A DNA stretch of 64,000 nt from Schizochytrium sp. TIO01 (taxonomy: Eukaryota; Protista; Bigyra: Labyrinthulomycetes), in contig SMSO01000007.1 of NCBI GenBank assembly GCA_004764695.1, positions 2,425,270-2,489,269 of the forward strand. Direction: 5' to 3'. Below, one piece after another: positions 24,101-32,939 of the stretch. The notes beneath the pieces were generated by a model. That model was not told the origin of the DNA. It searched no databases and saw nothing but the letters and a program-made list of their open reading frames with translations. Each line of letters begins with the position of its first letter. The first letter of the stretch is position 1. A program made the translations under genes and the position numbers.

Positions 24101-25195
24101 AGCGTCGTATTCAAAGGGTGCCTTTTCCATAAAATTGGAAACCTCGCGTAGAGCTCCTCGAAGAGCTTCTGCAAAGTGAGGACGAACCATAAGAAGTTGA
24201 GCCTCAACTCGCCGTTTAATCCGGCAGAATTTAATGTATCGTACTGCCGCACGCCAGCGTCGCATCGCTTTTCTCTCATAATGATATCTAAAAGTACTGA
24301 GGTTACTGATGATACGAAAGCAAGCTGATTCATGAATCCACTGTGACATAGTCATGATGTCAGTTGGAATGGCTCTGCCAAGACGCCCAGGGAGAGCAAA
24401 CTGCGAAACGGTGCTTGCGTCTGGGGTATTTTTGTCGGCTACTCCGGTTCCACTGCCAAATTGCATAACGCTGGTTGCTGTCATAATGTAGTATTCCTCA
24501 GGATTGACATGAGTGGGGCTCACAACTAGGAGGTCATAAGGTCGGTACTTCAGCTTTGTAGGAGCACGGTTGAGCGTGACAAACTTAAGGGGAGCATAAT
24601 TTTTTTGCTGATCCGATACCAATGCTAAAGAAGCTCCATCTTCCTCTCGGTGACGAGCAAAGAATGTAATTGCATCATCTGATGTGTAAAGTTCAGGAAG
24701 CTGTTTGACACTTTCTGTGAAAGGTAAGGGCTCTGACATGGCCAACAAGGTGCCTCGTGGGGAAGTTACCATAGCAGAAGGTCCACGCGAAAACATCGGA
24801 GCATTTGAATCTACCTGGATTTTGGGTGCCATTTTTGAAGTACCACCAAATTTACTAGGATGGGCTTCCTCATCAGCAAACTCAAGCTCGGGGAGAAGAT
24901 TGGTCATGCCAATGTTGGGAAGCTTACGCCCTCGTAGCCCTCCTTGAACCTCATCGCGCTCCTCTCGCGGTGCGGCAGAACCTTTTGAGAATTTGCGTTG
25001 CAGTTTCGTGAGCCCTGACTTTTTGCTTTGCTCCATAGGGGGCGCTGGGTACTGGAAATTTAATTGAACATTTGCTTGTGGTTTCCCCCCACCAGGCAAC
25101 ACACTTGAAGCTGTCTCGCGATACTTTTGTTCGATGTTGGTCTCACCTTCATCGGTGCCTTCAATACCATTGTGCTTACGCTTATCAGGCATCAT
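12107..25195 (-). CDS. Axonemal single-headed inner-arm dynein heavy chain, 4362 aa, intronless; DNAH3/7/12-type motor with DNAH6-like tail
   Basis: P-loops [71 protein letters not shown]; coiled-coil stalk; [24 protein letters not shown]; C-terminal STTGHSTNF. Confidence 0.97.
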   Translation of the reverse strand: [4362 protein letters not shown]

Positions 25196-26090
25196 TATGC
25201 GTACAAAGGCAGTGGATATTCTCTAAAATCGATAAACCAAACAGACCTTTCCTCTACTACTGCACAGCCGGATGCTTCTCCCTCAACTGTTGCTTGGTCC
25301 ACGGCTGTTTAAAAAACACTCTCTTGAAATACGTTCGTCGCTTCACAATGCAACGCGTCCTTATCGATAAAAACAACAAATGCGAAAGCCGAGCGTTTAT
25401 CACTACGGCCAAAGAAGGGCACTGTTGGTCAAAGCTAGCTAGCAACGGTGCTCTTTAATCGAGCGCCCGCGCGGGAGCAGTTCCCGCGCTCGCAAGTTTT
25501 GACAATGTTGTAGATACCGAGTGTACTACCAGTGATATTATAACTCGTCCAAGGTCATGCAATAGCCGCAAAGTCTTCTTCCCAGCTCGCTCCTGCTTAT
25601 ATTATAGGAGCCGTCTTTAAAGTTCGTACACCAAGCTATTGGCCGGCAGCCGGTACTATTGCTGTTAGACAGGACAGCAATCTAAATTCATAAGAAAAAT
25701 CGGCGCGTTACCTGGCAAACGGGTGCAAACACTTATAACAGTAGTATTGCCCAGGTACCAAACTCAGAGGCGCAATGGTGAATGACGAAGCTCGGCTCAT
25801 ACATCATCTACGAAAGGTTGAAACCTTGCATCTTAATACTACGAAGAAAAATGGTTTGTCCGTTGAGAAAACGCGCCTGACCTTGGGGTCCCCGATGTGT
25901 AAGGTGTGTACCATCTTTAATTTGAAAAAATGTTTTGAGTACACTTGGTGTTCCTGTTTTTGTTTGTAGAATCAACTTTCAACGTGTAGAGATTGATGCT
26001 TTGGTATTTTCTGCAACAGGTAAGGGATAAAGCGGAGGAAGAAATCACGAGAGGGTGACAGGCCTTGTGGAAAACTGTTATCATTTGTCG

Positions 26091-27770
26091 ATGGCCGCAT
26101 CATCTCGCGCGTGCCAGGCCCTGGCGTTGGCCGCTAAACCTAGGGGCACTTTTGGAGATTCTGGAGTGTTGAGTCAACGCGAGCTTCTTTCAGCTTTAAA
26201 TCACGACGAAGGGTTTCGTAAAGCTCTGCGCGAGGACGAGAGGCTGCGAGGTCTTCTAAAGCCCAAGTCATTTGCAGCACTTTTTGCAGAAATTGAAGGC
26301 TTTAGCCGAGCACCAAAAGGAAGCATTACAATGGAAGGTCTTGCAGCATTTCTTGATGCCCATGTGCTGGACGACCTGGAAGAGAGCAAACCAAAACAAG
26401 ATACTGACTTGCGCACAGAAACAGAAAGGGTAAAAGTACCGGGAGAGAACAAACCTTTTATTTGTAAAAATCCGCATCCTCACGAATGCAAACACCAACC
26501 TGCAGAATCTTCGGGATCGCTAACATCGACAAGTGAACCATCGTCAACCGGTGAATGCAAATCACAAATAGATCTTGTACGGATAAAGCGTCAAGATTCT
26601 TTAAGACCTAGCGATATGGAGAATAAAAAAACACAAGAAACGCAAAGTGTAAATGAAGAGATAACTGGCAGGCATCGGCCATCATCAAACGTGACAGAAT
26701 CCCCAAAGCATGCACCAAGCAAAGGTACAAGCCAACGCAAGCAAAAGGGATTGAATGACACTCAAAGTTTGAGTGCAAACCAAGAAAGAAAACACAGTTT
26801 TTCTATTAAGCAAATCACAACAAAAGACACAGCTACTGATACATCCTCGTTAAGTGGTGAGGAGGTGTTTGAAAAAAATAGAAACGCAAAGCCAAGCCTC
26901 TCAGATGATGCGCGAATAATGGCCCTAGCTCGTACAGAATCAGAGGCTCGACTCCTGCAAAAAGTCAGAGGCGATGGACAATCTAAGAATGGTCTTTCAA
27001 AAGATGATCTTGCCTATATAGATTCAATTGAGCAGGAACAGCGCGAAAGATCGGCTGCAACAAAGCTTTTTATGGACAATTTTGAAGGTTCGATACCTGG
27101 TTGCTCTAGATATCTGAATTGCATTTACCCCCAGCAACGGGTTGCAGTTGATCATCTATGCCAAGGACAAAAGTGTGATCGCTGTCGATTACATAATATG
27201 ACTTCTTCATCTCCGAACTTACTTTCTGTCACAAAGGGGGTATCAGCGACTTCTACCTCTGTGAATTCCAATAGAGCGCATGGAAGGCATCTGGAGAAGC
27301 TCAGTGTTACAGATATGTCTTCTTCTTCTTCTTCTTCTTCTTCTTCCTTGCCAGCTATGAGTCTAGGTACACGTAGCTATCATCCCTGGAAAGGGTACAA
27401 TTTAGGAGGTGGAACGGTGAGCGAGATTGCTTCAATCTGCCAAACAAATGCGTATCAATGGCTTGACCAAGTCCTAGTAGACGGGGTGCACGATGAGTCC
27501 AGTTGTCAACATCATGTGCAGCTTGGACGAATGCATGTCCAAGTACTGGCCCAGTGTGTTGGAGACCTTCTTCGTGAGCTTGATCAAACAAAGTCGCATT
27601 TGACTCGAGCACGTGAGGATGCTAATCAAACTAAAAGAAAAGCTGCAGCTGCCGAAAGCCAGCGCCGAGCAGAAATTGATGCTTTACGCGTCAGCAACCA
27701 ACAAGTCAAATCAGACGCTCTCCGTGCCCTTCATGCTCTTCGTAATGCAGTAAGAGCCACGAATTTATGA
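26091..27770 (+). CDS. Hypothetical protein: degenerate N-terminal EF-hand-like pair, low-complexity middle, C-terminal coiled coil
   Basis: Long open frame (first ATG 26091). GDSGVLSQRELL and KGSITMEGLAAFL resemble degenerate EF-hand loops; poly-Ser encoded by (TCT)n; heptad-like C-terminus. 5' structure uncertain. Confidence 0.6.
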   Translation: MAASSRACQALALAAKPRGTFGDSGVLSQRELLSALNHDEGFRKALREDERLRGLLKPKSFAALFAEIEGFSRAPKGSITMEGLAAFLDAHVLDDLEESKPKQDTDLRTETERVKVPGENKPFICKNPHPHECKHQPAESSGSLTSTSEPSSTGECKSQIDLVRIKRQDSLRPSDMENKKTQETQSVNEEITGRHRPSSNVTESPKHAPSKGTSQRKQKGLNDTQSLSANQERKHSFSIKQITTKDTATDTSSLSGEEVFEKNRNAKPSLSDDARIMALARTESEARLLQKVRGDGQSKNGLSKDDLAYIDSIEQEQRERSAATKLFMDNFEGSIPGCSRYLNCIYPQQRVAVDHLCQGQKCDRCRLHNMTSSSPNLLSVTKGVSATSTSVNSNRAHGRHLEKLSVTDMSSSSSSSSSSLPAMSLGTRSYHPWKGYNLGGGTVSEIASICQTNAYQWLDQVLVDGVHDESSCQHHVQLGRMHVQVLAQCVGDLLRELDQTKSHLTRAREDANQTKRKAAAAESQRRAEIDALRVSNQQVKSDALRALHALRNAVRATNL

Positions 27771-28602
27771 TAAATGTAGAGCTCGTTTATTATTGAATCT
27801 TTTCTCCTCCAAACCTAATACATGCCTTAGGTTTATTAGGTTTTTGTAATATTAAAACTTACCTTCACGTATTTTACTTCCTTTCCTAGCCTTCTTCTTC
27901 TTTCCCTCTCCCCCTCCCCAAAAGAAGAAAAAAAAAAGTCTTTTCGAACTAGATCTGTGAACCGGGATTCCTAAGTAGCCTCTTCGTAGCCGTGTTTACG
28001 ATCCTGATGGGACTGATCCAAACTGTCTTAACATCCTTATTTCCTTTCAAGTAAGTGTCCGTTATGATTCTCTTTATTTTTTGCTCGCTTTTCTTCTTTC
28101 TTTCCGCTGCTATTCTTGACCTTTGTGAATGGAATTGGCTAACGTTGCTACACTTCAACGTGTGTGCACAATCGTTTGGTTGAATTTCCCGCACCGCTCT
28201 TTTAGGTATGAAACCGGTGCCTGATATGATGTTGCGATATTTTATGACTAACTCTTGGATGAGAAAAAGCTTGAACCTTAATTTAGGAGCACACACATTT
28301 TGATTTTTAATTCTTTTCCTCAAAAGCAACAGTTGGAACTTTGTTCGCTAATATTTATTATTCTGTTTTGTTTTAACAGCAGCTATGAATATAGGGTTAA
28401 GAATCGCACAGCAGTGCTTTCCCGTGAGCTAATAGTTAAAAAAGATGAAGAGCTTTATTGAAAATTTATAATCGCAACCACTACCCCTTTCAAGTTGCAG
28501 CGCACTATACGCTCTTGTTGCGTACGTACAGTCGTGCGTGCGTCCTTAGGCAGCAGTGCGGGGAGCCTCGGGTGAATTGAGGAGGCTACGCGAGTGTGCA
28601 AA

Positions 28603-29787
28603 ATGGGCAATAAAATCCCAGTACCCGATGAGCGCCTGCAAAAGACGATTGACATGCTTCGGCTTGACAAGAAGGAGTTGGCAAAGTTTTGGCGTATATT
28701 TCAGAAGTATGATCGTGATCATGGTGGAACTATCGACGTTGAAGAGTTCTACCGTCTTATTGAAGAAGACCGCACAGTTTTTGGTGACAGTTTATTTGAG
28801 CTCGTTGGTAAGTTGTCCTGTCCCATTGAACACGTCTGTGAAGCCAATTCGAGGCACCGATAGCATTTAATTTTGAAACTAACCATATGTCCTGCTATTT
28901 TGTGTTCCGCAGATATTGATTGCTCGGGAACGTTGGACTTTTCCGAGTTTGTGCAGACAATTGCAACCTATTCCTTGTTTGGACGAGTTGATATATTAAA
29001 GTTTTGTTTTTTCGTATTTGATAAAGACAAAAATGGTTATATTGATTCCGATGAATTGCATGCTTTGGTGGAAATGCTTCATGGAAATAACCCTACAAGC
29101 AATTGTCGTACCGCATTGTCTAACTTTGATACCAACTCTGACGGCAAAATCGACTTTGAGGAATTTCAAGCGATGAATGTGAAGTTCCCTCAGCTATTGC
29201 ATCCTGCATTCCGCATGCAGCAGAACATGATGATCAATACACTTGGAGAAACTTGGTGGAATGAGAAAAAACGAATGCTTGAGGAGGAAAGAAATGCAGA
29301 GAATGCAATGGAGGAACGCCTACGGCTTAAGGAACTTCAGCGACAACATCGAAACCAACAACGGCAAGTTCGTCACAAGATGGGTTTTTTTGGATATTAC
29401 TTCTGCTTTTTCAAAAGAGGCAAAGTATTGGCTCAGATTGCTGCAGAGGAAGCCATTCGTGCTGAAAAACGAGAGAAGCGTCGCCAACAAAAGGAAAAGC
29501 AGCGGTTACAGCAAAAGAATCGAAAGGATCTAGAAAACTTATTCAAGGATGACCTAGGGGCAGGAGACGGAACCAATGACGAAAAGAATGCACGAAAGGA
29601 TCAAAAGCACAAGAAGAAAAAGAAGAAGCATGGTGAAGCCGCCTTGAAGGAGAAGAAAGCAGAATTGAAGGAACGTCGAAAACAACGTGAAGGAGAGAAA
29701 TATAAAATTGAGGATCTCAAGGGAAAAGAAGATCGTGAGCAGCGGCGAAATCGGCGTAAGGAAAAGAGAGAAGAGGATGAAGATTAA
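28603..29787 (+). CDS. N-myristoylated 4-EF-hand calcium sensor (calcineurin B/NCS-like) with charged coiled-coil tail; exons 28603-28807 and 28913-29787, 359 aa
   Basis: MGNK start; EF loops DRDHGGTIDVEE, DIDCSGTLDFSE (first Asp formed across the splice junction), DKDKNGYIDSDE, DTNSDGKIDFEE; K/R/E-rich tail. Confidence 0.9.
28808..28912 (+). other. Spliceosomal intron (105 bp)
   Basis: GTAAGT donor, ACTAAC branch point at 28878-28883, CAG acceptor; phase-1 join completes EF-hand 2. Confidence 0.9.
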
Positions 29788-30782
29788 AATGTCTGAGCAT
29801 TAAGAACGAAAAACATCACAGTTCTTGAGAAACGGTGAAGAAGACAAAATATTCTTTTCTAAAGACTTTGGAAAATGCATCAGTTAAGATGCCTCGCCCC
29901 GTTCTTCGACGTCTCACCTTGAATAGGTGGAAGTAAAACTGTTTGTAATGATGAACAAATAATTGGTATGATGAATGAAAGAACAGAAGAATGAAGGAAC
30001 CACTCATATGTGTACACATATGCATACGGCAGGCACGTGTGCGATACCCAATTTGCTATAATATAGCATGGTTGTCGATAGAGTAGCTGCAGGCTACTTG
30101 GAAAATGAAGATTCACATACGCATTGTCATTTTGAAGAAATGCAAACCCCAGCGAGCCGTAATAACAGAGGATCAGCGTAGGATATTAGCAAGCAGACTT
30201 AATTTTCAATTCCAAATTGTGTAGAGTCGGCTGGTCCATAAAGAGATAGCCGATTCTTTCCCATATCCTCGGTGATTAAGTCATGTTTTTAACGCTAAAA
30301 AATTGCATTCTATGCGAAGACTATGGCAATACGAGACTGGCATTATGTAAAATTTTGTAGGTGAGTCTGCGAGTAATGACAATAATGATGTTGAGATGAT
30401 GTTGATATCTAAAGTTAGAGTGTTTGTGTTCGCTTGACGGGTTATGGCAAGGTGGGAGAGTCAGGTAGGAAACAAGGTTGTCCACTGCGCGCAACCTGCC
30501 TGCTTGCTTGGCTGCATCTGAGTTCTTTGTGGAGAGACAGCGAAGTGTGTGGAATTTCTGGAATGCCCCGAAAGTGTATATAGATGATTGTGCTGGTGAT
30601 CATATGATAAATGAGCCAAGGAGAATGGATTCCCGACGGAAAGAAAGAATAGCTCTAAGATAGCGATGCGCGCCTTCAGTCCGAGCACCGCGTCTGCGTA
30701 TACATGGATAAAGGTTGCTTTGTGTGTGTAGGCGGGCTACGTAGGAAGGTTCGCCCGATCGTTGAAAGCATTCGCTCGTAAC

Positions 30783-31334
30783 TTAGGCCTGGCCACCCTT
30801 GATACAGGTAACAAGCCAGTCGAAGCCTTCGAAAAGACCACGTCCCTTTGTTGCGGAGGTTTCCTGAATAGACCACTGGCGGTTTTTAATGGTAGTAAGA
30901 CCGAGGTGCTCAGAGACACTTGCAGCCGGGAGGGCGCCCTTCATATCCTGCTTGTTGGCAAATACGAGCAAAATAGCGTCCTTAAGCTCCTCCTCCTCAA
31001 GCATGCTCATCAGCTCCTGCCGTGCGATGGACAGTCTCTCAGTATCTGCAGAGTCCACGACGAAGATAATGGCATCTGTGTTGGGATAGTAGCACCTCCA
31101 ATAGGGTCGGATGCTCGTTTGACCGCCAAGATCCCAGACTTGAAATTTAATGTTTTTGTACTGCAAGGTCTCCATGTTGAAGCCAATCGTGGGTACAGTC
31201 TGTCCGATCGGCTCATCCACCTGAAGACGATAGAGGATGGTGGTTTTGCCTGCATTGTCAAGGCCCAAGATCAAAATACGCACCTCCTTGCTGCCAAAGA
31301 GTGCAGAGAAAACTCTCGAGAACAGAAGTCCCAT
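30783..31334 (-). CDS. ARL1: ADP-ribosylation factor-like GTPase 1
   Basis: MG myristoylation start, [25 protein letters not shown] (ARL1-diagnostic), NKQD. Confidence 0.95.
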   Translation of the reverse strand: MGLLFSRVFSALFGSKEVRILILGLDNAGKTTILYRLQVDEPIGQTVPTIGFNMETLQYKNIKFQVWDLGGQTSIRPYWRCYYPNTDAIIFVVDSADTERLSIARQELMSMLEEEELKDAILLVFANKQDMKGALPAASVSEHLGLTTIKNRQWSIQETSATKGRGLFEGFDWLVTCIKGGQA

Positions 31335-32939
31335 CTTCTTTTTCCTTCTCCTCGAACTAAACCCAAACTGATGTTATATAAACCTTGATTGCAACGAAGT
31401 TGACCTTAGACTCGTTGCAGGCTTTCGCAAAGCACAAAAGTTGACGTCAACTAAGAGTGAGTCTGTGACTAGACTTTTATATTATAATAATGAGGTGTCG
31501 CAGATACAAGATAAGAATAGCAAGTATTGGGCCTTGAGCTACAGGAACTCAGGCGAGTCAAAAAGACTTACTACTAACTCGACTTCTATACCTCGCGAGG
31601 GCGGTCTAAGCTGAGCGTTGAGCTCAGAGGGGGTCCACGGAAAGGTTGAAGGAGGGCTCCTGATCGAGCAAGCCGGTGCTGCTCGAGCGGATGAAGCAGC
31701 AGCGAGGCGGCGAAGAACGTTGGGACGAAAGCAGAGAGCGGGAGGCGAAGTAGATCAGTAAGATTGTTCGTGCTCTCCCCCCAAAGGAAGCTCGGGCGCG
31801 ACCTCGCTTTAGCGCGATGTGGATTCGAAGATGGTTATGGCAGTGTGCCTTCTGGTCTCCCTTTCTTCTTTCCCACTCTTTTCACTTTTCACTCTTTCAT
31901 TTCATCGTCACTCAGTCATTCTATATGTAAATCCAATAATTAAAAGAAGTTCTTCTTTTTGAGCCATCGCAAACAGAACGGAACACTATCTATCTAACTA
32001 CTGTGCTACTAGGCACTTAGTAGCAGGCTACCTAGCGCTATTGGGGGTACCTACCTTTCATCTTGAGAATGAAAACCCATCGGATTATTACCTATCTCAT
32101 TCGTGAAACGCAGAGAACCTTGCAATAGCATGACCCCTTACTTTCTTGCTGAAGAAATGGAACCCTGTCTCACCAGGTTGCTATTCACAAGAAGAGGCCA
32201 AGAGCATGGAAAACCTTAAGTTGTACCCTATAACCAGCCTAAATTGTATATAGATAGGGACGGAGATCGAGCACGTCATATGGCGCGCCCTCGCCGCGGC
32301 GTGTTTATCCGGCGCTATTATGCACCGTAAAATTGCCAACGGACACATTATGAGCGAGAGAAAAGCGGGGAATGTGTTTGCCGCAGAAAAATCCAATACC
32401 TAGGTGGCAACATTGAGGGTGTTATTTTTTAATATTCGTGTTTGCCTTTATTTCTTCGTATTTTTAACTATCATCTACTGCTTTGACTGATTTATAGTAT
32501 TAATCTCTGGTTCGCTTTGGAGGCTGCTAGGTGTGTACTCTAAGTGTTGGGATTAGTAGTTTATTATATGTTACAGTAGGAGTATATTTGCAATGAGGTG
32601 CCTTAGAAGGGAGCAGTGGCCGCTAGATGTCCAACGCTCACTTTTGGAGCTGTCTCTGAGTAACTCTTTATCTAGACAACTCACAACAGCAAACATTACA
32701 TACAAGGACGTGTAGCGTATGCTATACAAGAACAGAAAATAATTGACGTCAGGAAATAATAAACGACTTGAGAAGGCCTACTGCTCATTTTCGATAGCTT
32801 GTAAAAAATTGGTTCAAGTTCCTGCTAGTAGAACCCCTTGACTGCTACTCTTATTGTACGCCTGGCCTTGCTGTGGCAACTTGCTCGCGTGCCTTCGTGC
32901 ATTTGAGCCCTGGGGCTACGGGAGCAGTGTAGAGCCACC

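Noticed and set aside
32104-32140. CAGAGAA...TAGCATGACCCCT resembling the U6 snRNA core
   Set aside because: Spacing is wrong, the ACAGAGA box is imperfect and the rest of U6 is absent.
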